Assembly: GCA_010909165.1 (NCBI GenBank)
Contig: MU008194.1
Location: 536,542 to 600,541 of the forward strand
From: Anthoceros angustus
Taxonomy: Eukaryota > Plantae > Anthocerotophyta
Reading direction: 5' to 3'
Length of the DNA stretch: 64,000 nucleotides
Numbering within the stretch: the stretch's first letter is position 1; every line of letters begins with the position of its first letter. The translations under genes and the position numbers were made by a program. A model generated the notes under the pieces. The model was not told where the DNA came from. It searched no databases and saw nothing but the letters and a program-made list of their open reading frames with translations. Below, piece after piece: positions 1-12,126 of the stretch.

Positions 1-399
1 CATCATTGTCGTCCACCATTCCGCCCGCTGCTTCGCCCACTGCCTCGCCCGCCGCCTCGCCCGCCTGCCTCGCCTGCCTCGCCCGCTCCCATTCCCTGCT
101 TCAATTTTTCCCATTTGGCTTATAAAATAATAATTACTCAATGAAAATACTTTATTAAAAATGGGATGATAACAGGATGCTCCGTGTTCAATTCCACCAC
201 CGCAGAAGAAGTTTTTCACGGCTAAAGAGGTACAACCGCACTTTGTTCCTTACCACCGCTTTGGCTCCCATTTTTAAGTCGTCGATGCCAAAGAAAGGAA
301 GAAGGGCCTGCAGATTTGACCTTCACTCAGTACGTTGAAAGAGTTGATTCAGAAATGTCTGTTCCGAAAAGGTGTTGCGGTGACCCCAGAATTTGTTTA

Positions 400-2900
400 G
401 TTACCTCAATTCATGGCTTCCGATTCTCACCGTGAAACATTTGTTGCAAGGCGTGCAAGCATATAGACTACAGCTACTTGGTAGTAGAGAGGCTTGCGCA
501 ACCAAAATAAGGGAGAGACTTTCAACTTGGCGGTTGAAACATCGAATGGTGTGTCAACTGCGGACAAGACAGAGGCTCGCATACATGACACAAGAGGATG
601 GACTCTTTTGTCGCCGGTGTATCGCCTTGCTAAGTGTGCTGCGTAACAAACATGATACAAAAGGATCTCACCTAGGCTCGCAACACCAAGCTGAAAAATG
701 AGCACAAACACGCAACTGTAGCAATAGCCACCGCAATCCATCCAGATCGATACCCAAGCTCAACGGTAATAAGGCATGTCGGTTGCACTTCAATCCAACC
801 AAAGCAAGTTGTTAGAACAAAGATGAAAACCACACATGCCTCGCCATTGCACCGAGTTCGTGGTCAAGGCATGGTTTGAAAGACAAGAAAAGCAATTGCG
901 TACAAGAAGAGGTTTGAAAGTCGCACATCACATTGCAGAGAGCATTAGGTCTCGCCTACATCGCAGCCCAAAATTGCTGCTTGTTCAGAGAAGGATAATA
1001 CTCTTGACCATAGTGAATGAATTGCATACCGCTGAGAGCCACTCGGCTCGTCGCATTGATGTAATGCAGTTGACCAACGACTGCAGGATCAACCCCAAAG
1101 CGCTTCACATCTCATGTACGAAGATGGTTGGTGTAATGTGCTGGCCAAATGAGGATGTGAATAATCCGAAGATGGAAGAGTCAGACATGTGCGAGACTTG
1201 GGTTCCACCACCCCACGTTGAAAATGGTGCATACAAACTAGAACCGTACACATGTCTTTGTGGTAGAGGTTGCCCCAAGGAGGTACATGTCCAGCACCTC
1301 CGAACAAAAGGAGAAGGAGATTGCCACAAGGGAACCCCGCATGCCATAGCTTAAATCTCCCAAACTTATCTATCCGAATGCAAGGAGCTCATAAGGCTTC
1401 CAGACGTTACCAAAATGAAAGGAGCACAATCCACCATGACCATGTGAGATATGAACAAACATATAACGATGACACCACTAAGCCCACTCACCAATTGCCC
1501 GACAGAGATAGTGTGCCAATCCCATCCGCCACCGGCCCAAAGCATGACAACTCCATTGCCGAATGCAAAACCATCAAATGGTGGTCAAGACGAAGGTGCC
1601 ATCAATGAACCGAGCGACAGCTCGAGATCGCCTTCAACCTCGACCTCACACCGAACGCAATATTGAAGCGAATGTGAAGTTCGGACTAGGAGGCGATCGA
1701 CATAGACATTGCAACTTGTTAATCTGGTACATTCCCATGACGAGGATGAATCGGCAAAGAGCGTACGCTTAGCCTTGATTAGATCCGAGACACCTCACAT
1801 ACTGAAGTTCACAAAATGATGCACACCGCCGCATAGTAGTCAACATCAACAATCCGCCCACTGTTTTGCTTTAGTTCGTCGGGATGCTCGGTCAGACCGC
1901 TATTCCAGACGATGAGCCTCCTCGAACCCCGCATGCCATAGCTTAAATCTCCCAAACTTATCTATCCGAATGCAAGGAGCTCATAAGGCTTCCAGACGTT
2001 ACCAAAATGAAAGGAGCACAATCCACCATGACCATGTGAGATATGAACAAACATATAACGATGACACCACTAAGCCCACTCACCAATTGCCGAGTAGTGT
2101 GCCAATCCCATCCACACGCCAAAGAAGCATGACAACTCCAGCTTTCGATGCAAAACCATCAAATGGTGGTCAAGACGAAGGTGCCATCAATGAACCGAGC
2201 GACAGCTCGAGATCGCTCTTCAACCTCGACCTCACACCGAACGCAATATTGAAGCGAATGTGAAGTTCGGACTAGGAGGCGATCGACATAGACATTGCAA
2301 CTTGTTAATCTGGTACATTCCCATGACGAGGATGAATCGGCAAAGAGCGTACGCTTAGCCTTGACCGTTAGATCCGAGACACCTCACATACTGAAGTTCA
2401 CAAAATGATGCACACTGCGCATATAGTAGTCAACATCAACAATCCCCACTGCTTTTGCTTTAGTTCGGATGCCCGGGTATCTCGCTATTCCAGACGATGA
2501 GCCTCCTCGAACCGCCGGAGGTGGCGATCGATGATCCAGCGGTTGATAAATGAGGAGACACATACCATGCAAGCAGCACAATTTAACCTTGGCCAATTTT
2601 TGACCACATACTGCTGGGAACTTTACAAGCTGTTAGATTTCAGAAACAAAGAGTCCATGAGAAATCATGAGACACCAGGGATGGACAGTGATCCATAGCA
2701 GTGGACCATAGCAGGAGCGATAGCTGTATAGTAACCTTCCTTCGCAGCTTAGGACATTTGAGCCGGCTTTGGCATTGATGGAAGTCACCTCTGATGTAAA
2801 GCCCAAAGGGAAAATGCCTCCATCAAGCTTTCGCACCATGCTGAAGTGATTAAGCATCTTGTGGGTGTTCCAATGGCTTGATACCATCGGCACATCCACC
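400..2900 (-). mobile_element. Degenerate Mutator-like (MULE) transposase with possible SWIM and Ulp1-protease remnant
   Basis: Fragmented minus-strand frames give 'P..LM.....EI....FP....AKVKLC.W.V' (about 2700-2560, resembling the MULE FP.A..LC.WH motif), 'CGVPC/GNLL' (about 1345-1320, SWIM-like) and 'DCGGY' (about 740-725, resembling the Ulp1 catalytic Cys). Many stops and frameshifts. Confidence 0.4.
1332..2510 (+). repeat. Tandem direct duplication, about 590-bp unit (1332-1924 / 1925-2510)
   Basis: GAACCCCGCATGCCATAGCTTAAATCTCCC starts at 1332 and 1925. Both copies end in GACGATGAGCCTCCTCGAACC. ORFs 1270..1608 and 1970..2263 share MQGAHKASRRYQNERS. Confidence 0.95.
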
Positions 2901-3535
2901 TTCGAGGTCCAAATGCTCTACCAAGCAGTTCCATTTTGTGTATCTCTCTCATTTTTCTCCGGCCTTCAGTGAGAATTCGTCACCTAACTAACTCAAACTC
3001 AGACTTGGCGACTAAACGACATCGCGCAACCTCATCATCCTGCTCTCCCGAATTCATCGGCTTCCTTGCAACTATGGACGGATCACAACAAGGCACTCTC
3101 TGGCGGACCTCTGGCTCGCTCCTTGGTGGCTAATTCGGGCCGTGCACACTGCGCACACCGCGCAACAACGCAGCATCAATGCACCGACACCGAGCAGCAG
3201 TGCCTTCCATCCATGAGCCACGGCAGAAGGCAATTCGAGAGCACAAGGGTACCTAATCTCCGCCGCTTCTCCTTCTCCCGGTCTACAGTGTTGACTCCGA
3301 TTTCCGCAAGCACATCCTCCAGCACATTCTCGGAATCGGCTGCCCTCCAGAATCCGCTCCAAACCGGGCAGATCCGAGCTTAGGTCAGGAGCTTGCCGCA
3401 AGCACGAACTCCCAGTGTAGACAAGCTTGAGAAGAAAGGATCCTCGAAATACTGGATGCTTGCTGGTAGTCGTGATGGACGTCAGTGTTTTTCAAAGTGA
3501 TGTATATGTAAAAAAACACCTCCTATTCCGTAACA

Positions 3536-3617
3536 TCTATTGGTCTAGTGGCTTGTCCAGTTGTGTAGGGTCGGGAGGTCTTGGGGTCGAACCTTTCTTT
3601 CTCTACAACCCATTTTA
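3536..3617 (+). other. tRNA-like/SINE-head sequence with Pol III A and B boxes
   Basis: A-box TGGTCTAGTGG (3541), B-box-like GGGGTCGAACC (about 3583), then T-runs. No convincing cloverleaf. Confidence 0.4.
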
Positions 3618-4040
3618 ACTATCCTCACCACACTCGGATATGCGAGACCCAGTCCGAGGGATGCATTGACGGAGCCGATCCTGCTAGGTCCGAACGGAAT
3701 CTAGGATCGGACGGAGCTGAGACAAGACAGGATCCTTAGGTCGAACGGACGGATGGGCTTCTCATCAACGAGACGGATGTGCTCATGAAGTGGGGGCCCG
3801 TTGGATTCGGCCTACCGCTAAGTTCGACAAGTTGAACGGACAGACTGCTGGATGCGGATGAAGCGCGTTAAGTGTATTCCATTGTTTACTAAATATCTGA
3901 TTAATTATATACTATATTGATTAAATTTAAAATTAATAATTGAGAATTAAAATTATTTGTTAAGAACTAAAATTACTCATTAAGAATTAACTGGACCTAG
4001 TCGTACCTAAATCCACACCAAACGAGGTATGGCTCCGAAC

Positions 4041-4289
4041 CTAAGAAACAACGCCTTTTCCAACCGTTGTTTTGGAGCGTTGTTTTGAGGGACAAAATGT
4101 AGTAGTATAACCCTTCACTGACTCCCACGTCAGGAGGTTAGGGTACTCCCCCATCAAGTCTTTTACGCGCTTCTGTGACACAATCCTTGCTTTTGGATCC
4201 GGGTCACAATGCACGTATCTTCGCACTTTGATGCCACACTTTAGCACTGCCCAAGCCGCATCGATGCCTCCAAAGAGTTCCACGAGCAC
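4041..4289 (-). pseudogene. Cytosine-C5 DNA methyltransferase N-terminal fragment (motifs I-II, Dnmt3-like) embedded in a retrotransposon polyprotein
   Basis: LVELFGGI matches the SAM-binding motif I (LxLFxGI). 'YVHCDPDPKAR' matches motif II (Y.asE.D..A). The catalytic PC motif IV is absent because the element breaks off at about 4100. Confidence 0.72.
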
Positions 4290-5719
4290 TATGCCGCCTT
4301 CCCGAGGTCGCCATGTGATGACCGGGTGTTTAGGTCACAAACAGGCTCAACCCTAGGCAAGAACTTACATAGTTCTCCCATAGGACACCGGGTCCTCTTG
4401 CACCATCCTCCATGCCTTTTGCACGGCTCATTGCTGCACCACTCCGTCCGACTGACTTGAAGAACCTCCTCTGAGGGTGGTTGCAACCCTAGCTTGTCTT
4501 CCTCCTCCTCGTCGAAATCCTCCATCAGGTCAGTTGCGGTTGTTAGACACACGCCAAGAGGTTCAAGCACGTATGGCGTGTCCTTCACCACGGCGCCAAA
4601 CACTGGGTAGACGCTGTTGGCAATGAGGTTCTCATGATCCTTGCCATGCAGCTGCAGAGGGATGCGGGCAATCCGTTCATCGGTTTTGCTCCAGCTTCTC
4701 CAGCCTGGTCGATAGTAGACTGTCTCCGTCCACAAATCCACCATGACTCTGTGTTTGTACAAAGCGTCCGCTCCCAAAGAAGACATCAAAAGTGTCTGAT
4801 CGACAAGCAAAGGTCGACAAAGGTGAAGTCATTGCTTGGTTTGAATGAAACCTTCAGCTTGTACCTTGTCACCCCAACACATGCTCCGTGGTCCACCGCG
4901 GTCGGATCTTCCACTTGGTTTCCTTCAACCTTTCTTGGTGGAGACCCAACGCTTCCTTCACTCTTCTTCCAACGATCACCGGTGTGCTCGGTGTCAATCA
5001 ACACCCTCCTTGGTGCGAATCCATTGATTTCAATGTGCCTCTCCCGATTGTTGACCAAAGCCACTCCCCTCGTGCGGCTTTCCACGAGATGCTTGGTTCG
5101 GAGGTCAGCAATGACATCATTGCTACTGTGGCAAATCTTGGACACTTGCTTCGTCTTCAAGGGTTGTCAACATCCGCCGAGTCAAACCCCTGACTTCCTT
5201 CACGCTCAACCCCATGTCTTGTAGGCTGAAACATGGCATCTCCAGAAGCTTTTGTGCCATCGTCTCCGTCAGCAATCTGCGCATGGGTTTCTCCACATCG
5301 CCCACTGGACTTTGATGTTGCTCCCACAGTTGCTCCATGGCAATGGCTCAAGCGACTTTGGCATCTTGGCATAGGTTCGGAAGAGGATCCAAGCTTCCTT
5401 CCGTGTCTTCCGTGACCGCAGTGTCAAGACATCCTCTTCTTCCTCTCGAGCTATCTTCTCTCGTAGGCGCGGAGGTTTCTTCCTGCCCTTGGATCGGTCA
5501 CGATCGCCATGTATCAAGCTTGTGCTCATCTTCTTCGTCCTCGATGATGAGCTGCTCTCTCCTTGATCTTCGCCTTCCCTTCTCCAGCTTTGCGAGGCGT
5601 GCCACGTAGCTGTCCATCGTCTTCTTTGATGCTTCCCGTTTCTTTTGTCCACGGGACTTCGCCGGTGCCTCCTCCACGGCGCCTTTGCTCTTCGCTGATT
5701 TTGTGGATGAGGTTGACGC

Positions 5720-5972
5720 AGATGCATTGGCCGGGGTTGTTGCTCGATAACCCGTAGGCCGCAATTCCGGATGCTTCTCCCAACACGCCGCTTCATTGTG
5801 CCGTACCTCCCACCTAGGGCATGGCTCCTCACCCTTGACTCCTCCAGATGCATTGGCCGCCGTTTCGATAACCCGTAGGCCGCAATTCGGATGCTTCTCC
5901 CAACATGCCGCTTCATTGTGCCTGCACTCCCACCTAGGGCATGGCTCCTCACCCTTGACTCCTCCGAATGCA
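5720..5972 (-). repeat. Two tandem repeats of about 120 bp inside the gag-like region
   Basis: GATGCATTGGCC...CGATAACCCGTAGGCCGCAATT...CCCACCTAGGGCATGGCTCCTCACCCTTGACTCCTCC occurs twice. ORF 5269..6009 repeats 'MH.EESRVRSHALGG..GTMKR.VGRSIR'. Confidence 0.9.
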
Positions 5973-7043
5973 TGCTCGCACTCATGAGGGAATGGTCCGT
6001 CCTCGGCACCTCACGCAGGGCTCGTCACTTGGGCTGTGGGCTGGCTTGTCTCGCCGAGCTCCTCCACTCGACCTCCGCGTCGGTCATGTCGTCCACCACT
6101 CCTACTTGTCTTGGAGTAATCACTTGCAAAGACGAGAGAAAGTGTCGGGCCCTATCTTGTCGACCATCTCGTACACTTCCTTGAGGGTGTAGTGTTGCCC
6201 CCGTCTTTGTGCACCGCTTGTTGCACCTTCATGCGCAGGCATATGGCAATGCAAGTACTTCTCTGCGGCCAGTCGGTCACTCATGATCTTGGTGTCACGT
6301 ACCAGCGGTCGATTCTTGATAAGCCATCTTGGCGGTCTCGCGACTTCATCTTGAAGTGTGTCGGCTCGGAGATCTTCTCATCCGTGCTTGCGAAACTCCG
6401 GTAGGAAGATGTCAAACATCTCTTGATGGGATCGTGCCCACTCGGTGCCACTGCTTGCCTTTGGTTCCGAGCTGCTACTCACTGGTCCTCCAGATGTGCC
6501 GCTCAACAACCTCGCCTTGTGCTCGCGATAGCACGCCAATGCTTCATCCCCAAGTACTTGGCATTTGGATGAAGCCGTATCGCTTCGTGTATCCGGTCTT
6601 CAATTCCATCTCCGCACACACCGCACTGCATTTCTCGATGAAGTCCTCCGGTGGCAAAATGTGCGTCTGTGAACAACTCCATTCGATCCTTGTCTCCTCC
6701 CATCTTGGCGACTCCAAGAGACAAGTCCTCCTCGCCGCTCACCGAGTTGTCCGGCACTAACGTGTCTTGTGTGTTGCCACTCACGGATCCTTCAAAGATT
6801 GTTGATTGTGTATTTGGGTTCCTCCGTGTCCTTCGCTGGTACCAAAATCGAGGTGTTCGCACTTCTCTCTCTTGGTCGGGACTTGAATTCGCTCGATGGA
6901 CTTCTTTGGTTGGTAGCTCCGTCCGGATCGAGTGTGTCGAGCATGCACTCCAGGCGGTTAGTGGCTAGATCAAACCCTTAATCAAGGTTAACACACCCCG
7001 CTATCTTAGATCGTGATTAGTGAAACCTCTAAGTATCTATGCA

Positions 7044-7810
7044 TGTTAAATTGCATACAAATACTGCAGCCTATTTACAAAACTGGGTGAGTTGGATAGC
7101 AAAGGCATAAGAACTCCAGTTAAGCACCCCGGGTGGATCAAGACTGGATGGGGTGCCAACTAGAGGACTTTTGGACAGAAAGTGAAATCAAATGGACTGA
7201 TGACATACCCATGTCTATCCACTTCTCCTTATCCCTTGGAATCAGGGCCCAAGGTAAAATACTCTTGTTTCTCCTTGGTTGGTTGGCCTTAAAAGGCCAC
7301 CTATGAGCCTCATTCCTCTCCTTGGTATGGGCTTCTTGCCTCCTCTCCTTGGCCTTGGGCTCCTTCGCCTCCTCTCCTTGGCCTTGGACTTGGCTCCTTC
7401 GCCTCCTCTCCTTGGGCTTCTTCGCCTCCTCTCCTTGGCCTTGGACTTGGGCTTCTTCGCCTCCTCTCCTTGGCCTTGGACTTGGCTTCTTGCTTAAAGA
7501 GCTAGCGTCGCCTCGCCTAGCCTCGCCTAGCACGCCTAGCATCGCCTAGGGTAGCTTAGCATCACCTAGCATCGCCTAGCGTCACCTAGCATTGCCTAGC
7601 ATTGCCTAGCACGGCCTAGCATCGCCTAGGGTAGCTTAGCATCACCTAGCATCGCCTAGCGTCACCTAGCATTGCCTAGCATCGCCTAGGGTAGCTTAGC
7701 ATCACCTAGCATCGCCTAGCGTCACCTAGCATTGCCTAGCATCGCCTAGCATCACACTAAGCCTAGCACGGCCTATCTAGTGTACACACACGAGATCATA
7801 GCTTGTAACA
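7044..7810 (-). repeat. Putative LTR (TGTTA...TAACA) containing two minisatellites
   Basis: Inverted termini TGTTA (7044) and TAACA (7810). The 7810 end abuts integrase coding sequence. Internal 27-36-bp repeat CTTCGCCTCCTCTCCTTGGCCTTGG(ACTTGG) at about 7310-7490 and 10-bp repeat ATCGCCTAGC at about 7500-7775. No TSD and no partner LTR found. Confidence 0.45.
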
Positions 7811-8247
7811 ACAGGGATCAACTGCGCTATGCTTACACACGAGGAGGGACATGGAAACCCAAGGTGCGCAAGTTCGAAGTTGGAGATTATGTCTACCTGC
7901 ATCGGAAGCCAGGCAACACCTTGGAGGTATCCACCAGCAGAGTCATCTTGCGGGTCGTGCGAGTAGGCAAAGATGGAGTGCTTGAGCTTGAAGGATCGAT
8001 GGCCGAAGATGGAAGGATCACCTCAAGAACTGTGCACCATGCCACTTATCCAATTTGGACCCTCAACTACGGCCTACAATGTGGCGTCCACCCAAAGACT
8101 TGGAGTGTCAGGTTTGTGGACGTATTGATGATGATGATGTGATGCTTCTTTGTGATCGGTGCAATAGGGGATACCACATGTTTTGTGTTCAACCACCTCT
8201 TGACGACATTCCAGGAAGATTGGTTTTGTGCACAATGCACTACATGA
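7811..8247 (+). mobile_element. Retrotransposon integrase C-terminus (SH3-like) fused to a PHD finger
   Basis: 'RDQLRYAYTRGGTWKPKVRKFEVGDYVYL...ILRVVRVGKDGVLELEG' followed, across frameshifts, by a C4HC3 PHD 'CQVCG....MLLCDRCNRGYHMFCVQPPLDDIP..WFCAQC', stop TGA at 8245-8247. Confidence 0.85.
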
Positions 8248-8770
8248 GGTGCGTCGTATGTAGTCCTACTAATGATAATGTTCTGACTTGGAGTCTCACA
8301 TTATCAGGGGGGGATTGGTTTGCACCTATATACCTGCGTATTAGATTTGTTTGCTTGGTTGTTGGTCGAGGAAGTGCTTATATGAATTCAAGTGCTTATG
8401 GGGTTTGGCGATGGCATTCTGGCTGATGGCCCAGAGGCCGGTGGAACATATCCAGGCCCCGACAACGAAGACGTGGAAGAGGACGATGGGGCAGAGGTGG
8501 ATGCAACGGACCAAGGATTCGGGTCTGTCCATGGCACTCGAAGGGTTCAAGCTGTCAGTCCAGTTGCGGGTAGACCATCGAGGAAAAAGAGGGAAGGGAT
8601 TGAGAGTCTTGTGATCAGCGTGGAGGACCGGGTGGGAAGGTCACAAGTCTTGTGGCCAAAGCAGTTGCCACATGATGTCCGAGAGGGGCAAGAAGAGCTC
8701 CCAAAGTTCATAGAGAAGGCCAAGGACAGTGCTGTGGCCACGGATGACGACAGGCTAGCGATGATGAGGG

Positions 8771-9000
8771 TAAAGGAATACATGTGCTAGTTATTGATTA
8801 GGGTTTGGGTTATTTAGTCAAGTTAAGCTCTTAGCATTATATATGTCTTTTCATTAGGGTTACGTCATTTGGATAAGACACGTTGATTCATAAGTCTCTT
8901 TAGTTGTCTTTTCATACAACACATAAGTTTTATGTATGTTCTTGACACAATGTAATTATTATATATGTTTAATTGATCCGTATCTGCCTAAATTACGTTA
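8771..9000 (+). repeat. 5' LTR of the copia element
   Basis: TAAAGGAATACATG...AATTACGTTA followed directly by the PBS. Confidence 0.95.
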
Positions 9001-10529
9001 TGGTATCAGAGCATTAGATGCAGATCGCATTCTAGTGAATGCACATTGTAAAATGCATTGAAAAAGATGCATTTGCATATAGTTTCTGTTGTTTTTGATT
9101 TAGAAAAATGCTTTCTTGATCAAGAAAATAGAAACATAAAGAAAGTGCTTTGTGTTGCTTTATTTCTATAGATGCTCTTATAATTTCTAGCAGATTAGGG
9201 GAGTAATCCTAGCGCATCTCCTCTGATTTGCTACCCTAGCAAAATCAGATGAAGTGCACTAGGACAACTACCTGATCTGCAGGTAGATTATTAGAGGCAT
9301 ATCTATAAAATCAAAAATGTTGAAACAGACTTTCTAGCAACACAAAAATTTGGCCCCATGAATGGCCAATCGAGTGGATTGGCGGCCTCGCCCTGCTGAG
9401 CGGATTCTGCCACAGAATCGCCGCAGGGGGCTGGTTGCTGGTGGACAGGCACCTTGGAACTTCGTGGCTGAGCAACTCACTGGACACGTTGCAGACTGGA
9501 CAGCACGAGTACAAAACGGGCCTGTTGACGCAGTGGAAATAAGAGATTCCTTCACCAACTTGATTGGATCCCTCTTCCCAGACCAGCGCCAAGGTGCCCT
9601 ACCACAAAGAAACTACAATCAGAGAGGTTTTCTAACAACACATGCTTCCCATACACCTAGTGTTGATAAGCTAATAAACAGGATTGAGGGACATAGACAA
9701 CACGTCGATAGACGTTTCAATAGCATCTCACAGAGGCTAATTGCAGTGACTGTTGATCTGCATGATCCGATAGAAAAGATAGAACATGTGGATTTCAAAT
9801 TACTAACCTTGTTGAAGCCCACCTTGCTTGCTAACCCTGCACATAGGGGGGTAGCTTGTAAGCACGCTAAGAAAACAAGTAGAATCCACACATTCAACAG
9901 TCCAAACTCGTGCCGCTCCTATGCAACATACGCTTACAATAGGTGGCAAATTAGAGACCAGAAAATTGGAAACATTGCACAGCAGCAGAGGTCACTGGAT
10001 GCACCTGTAGAAGACAGGTTGCCCAACTTTGTTGCTGATTGTGTATGCCAGAAGTGTTACCTTTGATGAAAGTCGCACTTGGGCATCAGTGGGAGCTGTT
10101 GAGGATCATGTCCTCAATGAAGATGAAGACACAACAAGATTTGTTGATTCACAATTTGATCCAACAGATCACGGAACTCAGCCTGTTCAACCTGAGGACG
10201 TTGCTCCTGCAGGTGGGGATGACATAGCAGATTTTGAGTTCGTGGACATAGATGAGGCAGGTGTAGTTGAACAAGAACACGTACCTGTGCTGGAAGATCA
10301 AAATCAGCAAGTTTTACAGGAACAACATCCTCCTGAAGATGGAAACCCTGAACAGAATGCTGAAGCAGAACTGGAGTTGGATGATAATCCTATTGCCAAC
10401 CAACCTGTACAAGATCCCCAGCCTGAAGAACCACCTAGACGATATCCATCTCGTCAAAGGCAACCTCCAGATTACTACCGTGCACCAGATTTTAGAGTTA
10501 CTTCCTCACAAGTGGAGGTCAATGCTGCA

Positions 10530-12040
10530 ACGTCCCTGGATCCTGTAGAACCACAATCCTACCAAGAGGCGTTGAGTAGACCTGACCACAAAGAGTGGGA
10601 GAAAGCAATACAATCAGAGTATGACTCCTTAATTGAGAACGGTACATGGGAGCTTGCAGAATTACCACCAGGCAGAAAATTGGTTTCTTGTAAGTGGGTT
10701 TTCAAACTCAAAGTAAAGGCAGATGGTACCTTCGATAGGTACAAGGCTCGCTTGGTCGCAAGGGGTTTCTCACAAGTCCCTGGATTGGACTATCTTGAAA
10801 CTTTCTCCGTCACAAGCTTGCCACCCTTAGAACAATCCTTGCCATGTCCACACACTATGATTATGAGTTGCAGATGTATGATGTTAAAACAGCTTTCCTA
10901 CATGGAAAATTGGATACAGAGATATACATGCAGCAGCCTCCAGGATATGAGGTGAAAGGAAAAGAAAATCATGCTCTCAGGCTGATCAAGTGCTTGTATG
11001 GCCTGAAGCAATCAGCCATGAAATGGAACGCTGCCTTAGACACTGAATTGCTGGAATTAGGTTTCACAAAGAGCAAAATGTGATCTTTATATCTACATAA
11101 AGGAGATGTAATGTCATTGCTTAAATTATACGTGGATGACGATTACATCCGAATGACCAAGCTTTTATAACAAGCATCACAGATATGCTGGCCACTAAAT
11201 TCAAGATGTCTAGCCTCGGCCCTTTACAGAGCTGCCTCGGATTCATATTCAAAGGAACAGACAGACTCGTGTGATGACATTGACTCAACCACGTTACCTT
11301 ATGGACAGTGCTGAACAGTTGGGCCTCAAGGATGCAAAACCTGCTTCTACCCCTCTTCCCACAGGACTTAAGCTTAGTCGGAGTATGTCTCCTTCTACAC
11401 AAGCAGAGAAGGATCAAATGTCAAAGATCCCCTACAGACAGGGAGTAGGTAAGCTAATATATGCATCGAACACAATGAGGCTGGAGGTGGCCTATACACC
11501 GAGTGCCCTATCACAGTTCTTAGAAAATCCGGGTCCAGAACACTGGGCTAGCTTGAAACGTGCGTTTAGGTACTTGAAGGGAACACCAACTTTAGGTATT
11601 TCCTACAGACAGCAGATTGAACAGACCCTCGACATAGAAGCTTACACCGACTACGGCGCCGAGATGTGGACACAAGGAAATCATCTACTGCTATGTGCTT
11701 TGTTTTGCGGAGGACCTATATGTTGGTCGAGCAAGAAACAGCCGACAATGGCACTCTCAAGCACGTGAATATAGGGTGTTAACTGCAGCTGCTAAGGAAG
11801 TTATGTGGTGCAGATTACTCTTTTCTGAACTTGGGATTCCACATACATGCACGACTATCTACACCGATAATCATGGCTCGATGGCTTTAGCCAAGAATCC
11901 CGTGTTTCATTCTCGGACGAAACATGTAGAAGTTGAGTATCACTACATCGTGGAACCGTGGAGCCGAACCATAGCACTCAGTATGTACCAACACAAAGCA
12001 ACCCGCGACATTCTCACAAAGGCACCGAGCGAGATGCTCA
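10530..12040 (+). pseudogene. Copia reverse transcriptase and RNase H (frameshifted)
   Basis: ORFs 10029..10955, 10844..11083, 11271..11768 and 11695..12123 carry successive RVT_2 and RNase H motifs. Confidence 0.95.
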
Positions 12041-12126
12041 TCGAAACATGTCCAACGTTTAGGGATGGGAGAGTCAGCAGCTCTCTTATCCAGCAGCAGC
12101 AACAATTCAAAGTAATGCTCTAAGGC

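Larger units (their letters stand above)
4041..6900 (-). mobile_element. Ty3/gypsy-like retrotransposon remnant: gag-like region, aspartic protease, C5 DNA methyltransferase (truncated)
   Basis: Minus-strand order is gag-like/coiled-coil region (about 6700-5100), protease 'RRVLIDT(G)A.PV...EALGL ... DVLLGADAL...VDLWTETVYYRPGW' (5010-4690), acidic linker, then 'LVELFGGI...VLKCGIKVRRYVHCDPDPKAR'. Frameshifted. Confidence 0.75.

Noticed and set aside
7500-7775. Regular short repeat array considered as CRISPR
   Set aside because: No unique spacers, 10-bp tandem unit, eukaryotic context, no cas genes.
8300-8330. AGGGGGGGA followed by TTGG as PPT and start of a 3' LTR
   Set aside because: No matching LTR copy in the window, and a coding ORF starts at 8398. 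It cannot be fully excluded and would weaken linkage of the ParB ORF to the retroelement.
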